Shown here: piece after piece, positions 49,470-61,057 of the stretch
Numbering within the stretch: position 1 is the stretch's first letter
Layout of the letters: every line of letters starts with the position of its first letter
Source of the DNA: Azolla caroliniana
Taxonomy: Eukaryota > Plantae > Polypodiophyta
Length of the DNA: 64,000 nt
Direction: 5' to 3'
Assembly (NCBI GenBank): GCA_043228905.1
Contig: JBHGNT010000009.1
Span: 12,152,001-12,216,000, forward strand
Made by a program: the position numbers and the translations under genes
The notes under the pieces: generated by a model
What the model was told of the DNA's origin: nothing
The model's database searches: none
What the model saw: only the letters and a program-made list of their open reading frames with translations

Positions 49470-50179
49470 CCCTTATCTTCCCTATATAAACCCCTCCAGT
49501 TCTATATGGTCATCTGCACTGATGAGCTCCTTAAGAGCAAAACTAGTTTGCCACATCGACCATTTCTTTGTATTACTTTTTAAGTTTCTTAATATGAATT
49601 AGTTTTTAGTCTATTTCTCTCTCTCTAAACTTTCTACATCTCTCTCTCTCTCTCACTATAATTCTCACTCTTAATCTCACATTCACCCACCGATTGTATA
49701 CCGTTCGCACTCCTTGTATTGACCTCACGGTCTAGAACTCACACTTTTAATTATTTTCGGTTTTTTTATTACATCACTTAGTACTAACAGTACTCGTGTT
49801 TTTTTGGCCAAAAACAGTACTTTTTTGGTACACCATAGCGTGCTTCAACCTCGTAACCATTTTAGAACGGCCAGAACGGTTTTGGAATGGGTCGGAACGG
49901 TCAAAATAGTCGGGGCGATCTGTAGTGCACGGACCAATATGTACGAACGTTAGGAGCATGCAACTGAACGCTAGTCAGAGGCCCTAGGGTCCTACCTCAA
50001 GTTCATGTATCTTTGTCGTATTTTCGCTACACCGACGATGCTTGCCGATTGAGTAGGTTTTATTCACACCAGTCCATGGTATGTGCTCTTGAGTGGCACA
50101 ACAAGCATTGTGTCCACTTGGTGCCGTCTCGGTTAAGGCACATTTTACACTGAACGGCTTGACGGAACCGGAGGTTCTC

Positions 50180-50835
50180 CTCTTTAGGTAGTGCTTATTG
50201 AAGGGTTCCCATCGCCATGTGATTACTGTTCTAGGCCCATTCCACGTCGAGCACCTGGTCCTCTTAGGCAATGCTTATTGAAGGGTTCCCATCACCATAT
50301 GATTACTGTTCTAGAATCGGATGATAAATTGTGGCATTGTTCAATGTGCTTCCTCGTAGATTGGCAACGGTTAAGGCACATTTTACACTTAACGGCTTGA
50401 CAGAACCGGAGGTCCTCCTCTTTAGGCAGTGCTTATTGAAGGGTTCCCATCGCCATATGATTACTATTCTAGGCCCACTCCATGTCGAGCACCTGGTCCT
50501 CGTAGGCAATGCTTATTGAAGGGTTCCCATCGCCATATGATTACTGTTCTAGAATCGGATGATAAATTGCGGCATTGTTCAATGTGCTTCCTCTTAGATT
50601 GGCCACGGTTAAGGCACATTTTACACTTAACAGCTTGACGAAACCGGAGGTCCTCCTCTTTAGGCAGTGCTTATTGAAGGGTTCCCATCGCCATATGATT
50701 ACTATTCTAGGCCCACTCCACGTCGAGCACCTGGTCCTCGTAGGCAATGCTTATTGAAGGGTTCCCATCGCCATATGATTACTGTTCTAGAATTGGATGA
50801 TAAATTGTGGCACTGTTCAATGTGCTTCCTCGTAG
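50180..50835. repeat. 238-bp tandem array derived from rearranged gag sequence
   Basis: Equivalent ORF starts at 50191, 50429 and 50667. TGCTTATTGAAGGGTTCCCATC occurs twice per unit. The minus strand reads TVPQFIIRF and EEDLRFRQAVKC. Confidence 0.92.
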
Positions 50836-51580
50836 GTGGTATAAAACCTTCCAACTAACACTCTTTGTGCCACTTGCCGATGGAACAAATCGAGGAACTT
50901 GTCTCACAGGTCAGTGAATGTGGCGAAACTCCCTTAGGTTTGTTGTGCATGCCATCTCATAGTTGCTCCTTCCAACGATAGCCCAAACTCCGCAATTTTT
51001 TATCACTCTACTTCAGCTTCCATCAGCTGCTAGGAGACATGGTTGGCCTCCCACATCTGTAGGAATGTGCGGGCATGTGCCTCCGAGTCTGGCTCGTCCT
51101 AGTACTTTGGGTATGGGTACTACATGGTATCTTCTTCTTCAGCACGTTCTAGTGCCTGTATGAGTTCTTGTGCTAGTGGTGTCGGCACTCGATTGTCTTC
51201 CTCTGCTAGTGATTTTTTGGGAATAACTTCTTCCAGCGCCACCGGATTGATTTCCTCTGCCGGTGGTGCTAGCACCGGAATTACTTGTTCTACCAGGGGT
51301 GTTGGTGTCGTATTTTTCGACTCCGGTGTTGGTGTGTGGTCAGACCCGTCTTCCTCCGGCTCTTTCGGAGTATCATGACTAGATCTATAATTCAAGTGGA
51401 TGCTCCGCTCGTCGTTGTGCAATCCCGACTCAATTGCTAAACATGCTTCCGAATCTCCTAATCTACCAAGGGTGTTGGTGTCGTATTTTTCGACTCTGGT
51501 GTTGGTGTGTGCTCAGACCCGTCTTCCTCCACCTCTTTCGGAGTATCATGACTAGATCTATAATTTGAGTAGATGCTCCA

Positions 51581-52210
51581 TGTTATTTCTTAGGGCCGGA
51601 CAATGGCCTAACACAGGGTGTCTACGGAAGACACTTCACCAAAGGGGTGTTACGGCGAGATAACTTAAGACACAATGATTACTTAGACTTTAATTGGTTA
51701 CTTAGCAATATGGCAATAGACTTGATACACGCGTATGATAGAACAATTAGCACAAAACGTTAATCAACACTTAAAGATAAAACAAGAAGCTCTATTAATT
51801 ATCTGTCAAAGTTTTACATTGTAACCGGGCCTTTATATAGGTCACCGGTGCTGAGTACAAAACGGTGCCAACTGGCACCTGTTTGGAACCGGTCCGGATC
51901 CGGATCGGCCTACCGATTCCGGTCCGTCCGTACACGTCTCATAAACTACTCAATTATAATAGATTCTGAATAAACAATTCCTTTCACATTCTGGTCTTTA
52001 AGTCCTTTGCCGGCCGGGTAACACATGGCACGCCCATGGGACAGTACCTTGTACGTCGAATACCACTATCCGTCCCCATACAATCTGAACTCCTTATATA
52101 GGTAGCTGGCAAGGGTAGCAAATGGTGCAGCTCTAGATCGGTATATCTGTCCGAATCCGTCATTACTTATAATATTCCTAATTATCAATTATCCGGGAAT
52201 TCGGTTCACA
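51581..52210 (-). repeat. 5' LTR of the outermost Gypsy host
   Basis: Reverse complement matches 61058-61497. TG..CA ends and a TATA-like CTATATAAA on the minus strand. The PBS appears lost by deletion, with a local duplication at ~51293-51406 / 51465-51580. Confidence 0.85.
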
Positions 52211-52239
52211 ACTCTAGTTCATACTCTCCTCTAGGCAAC

Positions 52240-54387
52240 ATGGACTACAAGATGCCCCAATACCTGCTCGGGCATGGTTACTCGAGTTACATTCAGGGAG
52301 AAAACGAGGTATCGCTAGAGTTGGCACACAAGGATTTTCCGGTCTAGGTGTAGGAGACAAGTAGAGTTCTGTACTACCTTGCGACTTGTGTGCAAGACTA
52401 GATGTTGGGCTATATTCGAGATGCAAAAATGTCGAACGCGTCATGGGAAAATCTGAAGAAGATTTGCGCAGCAAGTACGATGGCCCTAAAGTTCCAGCTT
52501 TGCCAAGAGCTCAATAATATGCCGAAAGAGGCCTTGCAAAATCTGAAGAGGATTTTCGCCGCAAATACCACGACCCGTAAGTTGTAGCTTCAAGAGGAGC
52601 TTAAAAATATCTATCAGAAGGATGTGATGGTGACTGACTACACTACGAAGATCAAGGAAATCTGCGATGACTTACGATCCATCAATGTGATGATGGATGA
52701 AGAAGAAATGGTGCAGATGAGCCTAGGTGTTGTAACACGGAGGTATGTGCCAATCGAAATGGTGATCTGCACAAGAGAGAAGTTGTTGTCCTTCTTTGAC
52801 TTACAATCGATGCTCTGAGTCAAAGAGAACCACGTAGGTGCATCGAGGAGTATGCATGTTGACGGCTAGACATTGTATATTGAGGCTGATCAACCCCGTG
52901 GTCATGGGGGATGAGGTGGATCGACACGATAAATGGTGGACGAAATGAGTAGAGGCAGAATAGGAGACAAGAAAGTAGTCAAGGAACCTCCACGAGCAGG
53001 GGGAATCAAGCTGGTGCCAAAAGCTAGAAAGGTAAGTCGATGAACTGCTGGTATTGTGGCAAAAAAGGCCACAGGGAAAGAGAGTGTTGAAAGAAGAAGG
53101 TTGATTTGGACAGAACTGAATTAGGTCGAGCCCAGTAAGGAAATCAACACAGATCACACTACGTGGAAAATCCAGGGCGTGCCAAAAACGACCTTGTGTT
53201 CGTGATGAAGCATAAGGACAACTTGATGAAGGCAAGCACCTCGAAACTGAAGGAGGTGTGGTATGTCAACTTCAAAGCTTCTAATCATATGACAAACCAT
53301 GAGGAATGGTTCTTGAGTCTTGAGAAACCAAAGCAACCGGGATATGTCGAAACCAGTGACAACTTTATTCACCCCATCGAGCTAATTGGAAATGTCCCTC
53401 TAAGACACGTTGGCAAGAGAGGATGTACTAGGAATATTCTGCATGTGTTGACAATCACCAAGAATTTTGTTCGCATAAAAGGCCAACTCCTTCCAATTTC
53501 TATTCCAAGTGTGAACACATCCTTGAGCTACGGCTTGAGTATATAAGCTCAACCCTAACATTGTAGCCAAGAGCTTCTTGTATCTTGAGTCTCTGAGAGT
53601 GTAAGAGTTACATAATAATGAGAGCTTCCATTAGAGCTTCAAATTGTATCTATGTTCCCATCTATTTCTTCTGGCATATTCTCTATGTTTTTTCCTGTGC
53701 AAATAATCTACAGGTCCTCACATACTTCCACATACATATCGAACATATAACCTTCAAATTTAATGTCAATCGGACAGATTGTCGACTAGGCATGTAGGTA
53801 CAGTTCAATCATCACACGTGGGTGCAGAGAAGGGAGGATGTTTATCCTCCATATCAATGATGTTGGCGCCATGATGTATGTGAAAGGATAGAAGGTCAAA
53901 TTGGATATCAACTTTTGGCACAAGCAGATCTACCACATCAACTTCCCAAGGCTTCAAGACATGCAGAACAAGCAGACAGTTTTCTGCTTGTCAAAATTTA
54001 GTGGTTGGAAGGGTCAAGTTTGTGAAGCATGCCAACTTGGGAAGCAACACTAACTTCCTTTCCCCAACGAATGAAATTGGAGGCGAAATAACCTCGATCT
54101 CATCCATTCAAATGTATGGGAATCGACACAAAACGTGAGCATTGGCGGGAGCCGATATTTTGTCTCCTTCATCGATGACTTCACACAACACACATGGGTG
54201 TTTCTCATAGAAAAGAACAACAAAGTCTTCTTGTGTTTCCTGAAGCTGAAGAGCCTGATTGAAAGGCAGACAGAGAGGAAAATCAAGTGCCTAAGGTCCG
54301 ATGGCGGAAAAGAATACTTTTTCGGCCAGTTCACAGGCTATCCGAAGATGGAAGGAATTTAGAGAGAATTCTCCTATAGATACATGT
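52240..54387 (+). pseudogene. Ty1/Copia gag-protease-integrase remnant
   Basis: MLGYIRDAK..WENLKKI; CWYCGKKGH; WYVNFKASNHMT; CEACQLGKQ; YFVSFIDDFTQHTWV; KCLRSDGGKEY. Many stops. Confidence 0.9.
53468..53756. mobile_element. Solo LTR (289 bp) inserted in Copia pol
   Basis: TG...CA ends, 5-bp TSD AATTT (53463-53467, 53757-53761), internal TATATAA. The Copia reading (TITKN|..SIGQIVD) rejoins on removal. Confidence 0.8.
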
Positions 54388-54700
54388 TGTCACGGGTATC
54401 CGTTCGTAGTGTCAGATTGGGTAGGACCACACGGGTCTTGAACTAGGGAGTTGAAGGGTGAAGGTCTTGTGCTTTATGAGCTTTAGCCCGTCAGCTTCCA
54501 CTAGATCGGCCTTCTGTCCAATTCGACTTTCGATCGAATCAACTTGCGGTCAGATAGGAACCTTCTATCCGAATTGGCCTCCGGCCAGAGTGGCTTTTAG
54601 TCAAATCTGAAGCTTCCGCATGGATCAGCTTTCGCCCGAATTAGCCTTCAGTCAAGATCACGTTCGGGACAGATTTGATCGACAAAGATAGGGTTTCCAA
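54388..54700 (-). repeat. Probable LTR fragment related to the Trp-primed families
   Basis: Starts TGTCACG exactly where the Copia integrase breaks off. GGACCACACGGGTCTTGAACTAGG resembles GGACCACTGGGGTCTTGGACTGAGG (30737) and GGAACCGCTGGGGTTTTGGACTAGG (42856). Other end not found. Confidence 0.45.
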
Positions 54701-55350
54701 CTAACGAACACTCTGATATCAACATGACAATTAGCTGTGATTAAGGACTCAACTCAAATAGGTCAAAATCTTGAGAGGAATATACACAAAATATATATAT
54801 TACAAATGCCTTTAATACAAATTGACTTACATGCCACAAATCCGGTGGCTTTTACAAATAAATCAACCTTTTACAACAAGTTAAGAAATGGGAACCAGCA
54901 AATGTGAGTCAAGTGGGCCATGGGGACGACAACATCCATCGTTGGTCATGCCCCGAAGACAGTGGAGTGTTCACATGCGACTTCACCTTCCCTTCTCGAA
55001 CCGGCCGCCACACGAAACACTCTCCATAAAGTAGAGGAGACCAAACCACCGAGTGCTGCCATTGCAATGTCAAAGAGCTGCCGTTGTAGAAAATGCCCAA
55101 ACCAAATTCCTAACTCTCACACGAAGAAGAAGAGAGTGGAAGAACAAAACCCTAAACTCCCACGAGAAAAACCAAAACCCTAAGAGGAGGAAGCACTAAC
55201 AAATAGGGAGAGGAAGAAGAAAAGACTCAAACCTAATGGTACAACCTCCTAACACCAAAATGGGTGACCTCCCAATCCCTAAAGAAAGAGAAGAAAGAGA
55301 AACTGATTTAGTTCTCTCCACTTCGACTTTCTCATCAATTGTCCCCTCCA

Positions 55351-57860
55351 CTCTCCCCCTCAAGTTCGGCAAGTGGAGATGTTATAGATGAAGCACACTT
55401 GAGAATTGTCAGAACTTGTCAAGTCTGAGAGGTTTGATGAAGACGTCGGCGATCTACCGATACGTTAGAACATACACTAGTTCCAGTTCCCAAGAGAGAA
55501 CTCGCTTGCGCATGAAATGACAATGCACTTCCATGTGCTTCGTCTGCTCATGGAAGACATCTTTCTTCGCTAATTGGATATTGTTGAGGTTTTCACATTA
55601 GATCGTAGTCAGATCGGCAACCTCCACTCGTAGATCCTTTAGTAGCCACTTGAGCCATATGGCTTCGCACGTTGCGACGGTCACTCCTCTGTACTCGGTC
55701 TCGATGCCCAATAGTGCTACCCTTGGCAGCATCTTGCTGCATCAAGCAAATGTTTCACTCCCCAAGGAGAAAGCATATCCTGATATTGATCAGTGATCGC
55801 CTACGCTTATGGCCCAATCAACGTCTATGTATCCCACGATCCTTTGTGCCACTCACATAACACAATATCTTATGCGCACAGTAAAGGTGATCGGTCATCG
55901 GCTGCGACATGAATTGAGTGATCAAGCTAACCGGATAGCTCTGGTCCAGCCAGGGGATGGCCAAGTAAATCAAGCTTCCGATTATTTTCCGGAACTGTGT
56001 CATGTTCCAAGCTAGACTTGATCGATGGCAAAGTTTGACATTCCTATCAAGAGGAGTCAAGACGGATTTACAATCCTTCATGTCGAACTTGAAGGGCATA
56101 TTGAACACATAATGTCGTTGGCTAATCAATATGGCTTCTCGGGTGCGGATCACTTTGATCCCGAGGAGGTAGTGAAGGTATCCCAAGTCCTTCACGTCAA
56201 ATAATGCCGTCAACTGAGACTTGACACGGACGATTTCCTCTAGGTTGGCGGTCGCGATGACCAAGTCATCCACATATAGCAAAATACTAACCGCTCCGTT
56301 TTGACCTTGCTAGATGAACCATCAAGAGTCCGGCTTTCATGGAGGACACCTCATCTTACGCAAGCATTGCGTAATGGTGGTGTTCCATGCTGAGGGGCTT
56401 GCTTCCTCAAGTGGTAGACTACCGATTTGTTCAACTCGGTTTCAAATCTGGGAGGTTGCACCATGTACCCTTATTCCTCAAAGTCGCCTTGCAGGAACAC
56501 ATTCTTCATGTCCATCTAGTGCAGATGTCATCTGTTTGCCTCAATTATGGCTAGCAACACTCAGAAGGTCGTTATCTTAGCGACCGAAACAAATGTTTCG
56601 TCCTAATTGATTCTGTGTTGCTACGCATAACCCTTGGCCACCAGTTAGGCCTAGGCTTATACCTGTTGACGGAGTCATCCACATTGTACTTTACCTTGTA
56701 CACCCATTTGTATCCAATTGGCTTCACTCCTTTGGGGAGTTCAACCAGGTCCCAACTCATGCATCTCTTCCTCCATGGTCGTTTTGCAATTGGTGTCCCA
56801 TGTAGCTCTCCAGCTTGCGTATCTTTGCCACTTTCATCATGTGTGCATAATGATGCGCCATGTACTCATTAAATTATATCCATACTAGATAATTGTGTTC
56901 TTGAGGAGGGTTGATCGTTGTAACCTTTTGTTGGTGGTCTTCAAGGCCCTTTTAGCCAAATCTGTCCTTAACTCCTGAGGACCTCCATCACTCACGACCC
57001 CATCGGATTCACTTTGATCCGACGTGCATGCTTTTGCCATCTTTTCCTTTCCCTTCTCCTTGCATTTTAGCCGTCTCTTCAGTTTTGTACGTGGGGATTG
57101 GACGACGGAGTCCTCGTCGCTCACCGAAATGTCCAATAGCTGGCCGTTCCGGCTTAGCTCCTCATTCGGCCTCATCTGTTCTACTGAGTTTGAAATCAAG
57201 GAGGTTGCACCATGTATACCTCTTCCTCGAGCTCGCCTTGCAAGAAGGCATTCTTTACATCCACCTAATGTAAATGCCACCCCTTTGACAAGTACTATTA
57301 TGATGAGTAACACACAAACTATCACCATCTTTGTGACCGCCATGAAGGTCTCATCGTAATCGATGGCATGCGTCTATGCGTAGCCCTTGGCCACCAATCG
57401 GGCCTTGTACCTATTGATTGAGCAGTCACCATTGTGTTTTACCTTATATACCCACCTGCATCCGATCGACTTCACTCCATTGGGAGAATCAAGAAGGTCC
57501 CATGTCTCATTTTCGGCCAATTTGTGCATCTCTTCCTCAATAGACGATTTCTAATTGGCATCCTCTACCGCCTCCGAGTAGCTCTCTAGCTTGAGTATCT
57601 CCGCCACTTTCGTCATGTATGCACCATGTACTCGTTCTACCCATAATAGATTGTAGGATTTTGGTGGCGAGTTGATTAGCGCAACCTCTCGTTGGCCATC
57701 TTCAAGGCCCTCTTGGCTGGTTCCGACCTCAACTCTGAAGGTCCCCCTGATCACTTGTGGCCCCATCGGATTCACGCCGATCCAACATGCCCCCTTCAGT
57801 GCCGTATTCCGACATCTTCTTCCTCCCCTTCTCTCTACGGGTAAATTGTGGCATTTTGGC
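55351..57860 (-). pseudogene. Ty1/Copia RT-RNase H remnants, with two RT N-terminal segments
   Basis: WDLVELPKGVKPIGYKWVYKVK (56760) and TWDLLDSPNGVKSIGCRWVYKVK..YKARLVAKG (57500); LYVDDLVI; TKHMEVHCHF; PPT GAGGGGGAGAG at 55351-55361. Confidence 0.88.
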
Positions 57861-58835
57861 ATCCTGGATGTAGTTCAATAGTTGGTCGCTCACACACAAT
57901 GCAAAGTAGTAAAGAACTCTGCTTGATCTGTGTTCCCAGGCCGGGAAATCTCTGTGTCAATTCTAGTGTTGCATCGTTAGCTCCTTCAACGTAACTCCAG
58001 TATCCATAACCAAGCAGATACTAGTGCATATTGTACGACCAAGATGTTGTTAGGTTTCTTTGTCCCTCCTAAATGGGAGAAGTCGATTGTTGACTCAGAA
58101 AATCAGCCGTCAAAATTGGGGCCGATTGTAGCATCGATGAGAAGGTCTACTAGTCAGACTAACTAGACAATTGACACAGGAGTCGGCGAGTCGAATCAAC
58201 TAGATTGTTGACTTGTGGGTCAGACAATCGAGTCGATTAGTCGATCGACTAATTATTACTATTATTATATTATAATAATAACTTGCTTACGACTATAAAT
58301 ATGAAAAGCTAGGGCAAAACTTAGTGTGTAACTGTGTCTTGCGTGTGAGAGTGAGGTTGTTGTAGAATTGTGTGGAATAGAGTGTAGAGCAGGATGAGTG
58401 CAATAGAGAATAGGAAGAGATGAGACAGAGCGTGAGAGTGAGAGTGAATGACACTCTTGTAAAACCCTAATTGATGAATACTCTATTTAGTAGAGACTTG
58501 TAGCCTGTTCTTCTCGTATCTCTATTGTATATTGCAGATCTGTTACCTGTGGTTTTCCCCTTGTTTTAGGGTTTCCACGTAAATATTGTGTATTGTGCTT
58601 TTTCTTTCTATTTCTCTGTTCTCTTGTTTTCTGTTCTGTATAACATTCGAGTCTATCTTTCTTGTCTATATACGGTCCATATCCCATTAGATGCGTAGTT
58701 GCTCCTATCGAGCTTTCCTATCGGAAGTGAGCTTCCCATACCTCTTTGTCCATGTTCCTGTTGTTCCAGGGAAAAGACTGTCTTTGTGTCGTCTTTTCAC
58801 TTTTCGGTCGGTTGCAAAGGATTCTCAACCCTCAT

Positions 58836-59290
58836 GCTCTGATACCATGTAAAAGAATACGTGTGAAAGCGTATACCGAAGACATAGAGTACACAATTGG
58901 TTATCCAAAAGTATAATAGTTAGGTAAACACAGAGAATGTAGATACATAGTATGAGAGAGAGAGAGAGAGTAGACAACAATACTTTATTCAAAATAATCA
59001 ACACTCTATACCTACAATATGCTCAATGAGCAATCTTTATAGAAACCCTAACGAATGGGCTAGTTGACACAAGTACTTGAATGCTCATTAACTGAGCTTG
59101 ACGCTAACAACCTATAATATTCCTATTAAAATAGGAATATAGGCCCCTTACGGCCTGTCAGATTGCATCCAACTTGGCCTAGACGATCGATCGGTCTTCA
59201 TCCGATCCGGCTCTTGACTTCCTCAACCGATCCGGGCCGGGCCGATCGGTCTTCATCCGATCCGGCCCATGTTGAGCTTGCTTCTCAACA
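58836..59290 (-). repeat. Copia-type 5' LTR (58848-59290) with tRNA-iMet PBS
   Basis: GCTCTGATACCA at 58836-58847 lies directly beside TGT; the region ends ...TCAACA at 59290. Confidence 0.7.
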
Positions 59291-59639
59291 GACATGCATT
59301 AGGCTAATCAAGAGGGATGATGCTAAATACTTGGTGAATGCTTACCTCCCAATCCCTTTTTAATGGCACTAGATAGACCAAGCATTAGTAGGTGGAAGTT
59401 TAAAGGAACGGACTTTACTTTTGGGAGGCACAACTAGAGCCACCCAATTGTGAAGGGAAGGAAGGAACGTATATGTATATGTATGTGCATAGATTGTCAT
59501 ATTCGCATTCATGGGGGTTACCAAATGAATGCATACGAATACGCATAAGAATGCATGAAAAAATAGTCTTTAAAAAAAGAAAAAAAAAGAGTTCATACTT
59601 TTTAGTTTATTAGGTATATGATATAACAAAGAGACTTTC

Positions 59640-60400
59640 ATATTAAAAAGGGGATATTTAACTTCACATTAATAAGGAGACTTACACTAAATAATATTTT
59701 AATATAATACATGGAAAACTTAAAAGTACTTTTTTAATTTTAATAAATAATAAATAAAAGGTTCATTAATTCCCCACTTTTAACTCTCTCGCAAAATTTG
59801 ATATTTTAATGTCATTAAAAGGGCATCTCACACTAATAATATTTTTATAATAAATATAAAACTTAAATGTATTTGTTTCATTTTTTAATAAAACCTAAAA
59901 TAAATAAAAATATGTGAATAGATAAAATAAATAAAAGGTTCCCATCAAATTTTATAGTTTTATCTCACATCAAATAGGGGATGTCAGACTAGTAATATTA
60001 TTATAATAGATATAAAACTTAAAGGTATTTGTTTTATATTTTTAATAAAACAAAAAATAAATAAAAATATGTAAATAAATAAAAGGTTCCTATCAAATTT
60101 CATATTTTTATCTCACATTAAAAAGGGGACCTCACACTAATAATATTTTTATAATAGATATAAAACTTAAATGAATTTGTTTTATTTTTTAATAAAATAA
60201 TAAATAAAGGTTCCCATCAAATGTCATATTTTTATCTCACATTAAAAAGGGGACCTCAGACTAATAATATTCTTATAATAGATATAAAACTTAAATGTAT
60301 TTGTTTTATTTTTTAATAAAACAAAAAATAAATAAAAGGTTCCCATCAAATGTCATATTTTTATCTCACATTAAAAATGGAACCTCACACTAATAATATT
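59640..60400. repeat. AT-rich tandem repeat, ~125-150-bp units, about six copies
   Basis: TCTCACATTAAAAAGGGGACCTCACACTAATAATATT...AAAAGGTTCCCATCAAA recurs near 59660, 59810, 59960, 60110, 60235 and 60360. Confidence 0.9.
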
Positions 60401-60574
60401 GTAAAATGCTCAGAATGATTCACCCAATTAACCAGTGCCTCAGCTTTTGGTTTGTATCTCTGTTTATAGTATTCTATTGCATCATTTAGGTTCTTGGTTC
60501 ATACTTGAACTAACCGTTTATAAATCTTGGCAGACCATAAGTTTGGTTCAAGAACTACCACGTCATACATATAT

Positions 60575-61050
60575 GATACCTCCCCCTTTTATGAAAGGGT
60601 GAACGATGGTGTTACATTTTTACTAGCAGCACACCTTATAATTATGCTCAGATCGTATAATGCTTGATCATCATGTGGTTGTGGTCCGATCCGAATGTGA
60701 GGGAGCATCAATTGAAGGTATGTGCTTGATTCGACTGATATGGGTGACTGTTTTGGATGAATTTGTTGTCCACCGGAAATGATATGTGTCTGTGCCAATG
60801 TGTCGTGACTATGTATGGCCCAAGCCAACGATGCATCAGGGATTCGCAGAGTTCGGGATCGCAGACAGGATAATAAACTCTGACACTGTCTCCAATCTGT
60901 AGCTCCATCGGTGTATGGGATGCATCATAGTATTTCTTCTGTTGTTGTTGTGCCATACGTAAATTGTCTTGAAGCAACAGTTGATGGAGATGGAGATGAA
61001 GCCACCCTTCAGTTGCATCATTCTTTTGGGGTTGCACTTTGATGTTATGG
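60575..61050 (-). pseudogene. Gypsy integrase C-terminal fragment with PPT
   Basis: LQDNLRMAQQQQKKYYD...IGDSVRVY...RWLGPYIV; AAAAGGGGGAGG at 60579-60590 on the minus strand. Confidence 0.7.
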
Positions 61051-61057
61051 ATACCTA

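Larger units (their letters stand above)
19929..49852. mobile_element. Large Sola-like (probably Sola2-type) DNA transposon with two convergent genes, inflated by nested LTR elements
   Basis: Imperfect TIRs: GGGTGAAAGCATGCTACGATGTACCAA (19929) versus the reverse complement of 49825-49852, GAGGTTGAAGCACGCTATGGTGTACCAA. Both ends also carry TTTTGGCCAAAA. GTA flanks both ends, and the interrupted LTR resumes after 49852. Exact termini are uncertain by up to ~8 bp. Confidence 0.72.
11729..50031 (+). mobile_element. tRNA-Trp-primed non-autonomous (gag-only) LTR retrotransposon hosting large nested insertions
   Basis: 5' LTR 11729-12405 (TG..CA); PBS TGGTGAACCCGATGTGA at 12410; gag remnants 12451-13326 and 18162-19483; PPT before 19601. 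The 3' LTR is split into 19601-19928 and 49853-50031. Flanks CCGG/CCGA form an imperfect 4-bp TSD, and the host gag rejoins across them. LTRs are visibly diverged (old). Confidence 0.82.
3590..52210 (-). mobile_element. Outermost degenerate non-chromovirus Ty3/Gypsy host (same family as 61058-64000), split by nested insertions
   Basis: 5' LTR 51581-52210; gag pieces 50032-51420 (EAHARTFLQMWEANHVS; CLLCHSRAHTMDWCE*NLLNRQA) resume at 11728 downward (PVR*IEPQ, VTTRSKGK, protease IIDG*YGVNVIS). RT start at 3590-3890 (VGLDPKLYQHQIHL...RRYRINQNYA). All segments are colinear with the plus-strand copy at 61688-63900. Confidence 0.8.

Noticed and set aside
58040-58690. Possible additional solo LTR (TATAAAT at ~58294, GA-rich then T-rich tracts)
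   Set aside because: LTR-like composition, but no confident TG..CA boundaries or TSD could be fixed by eye.
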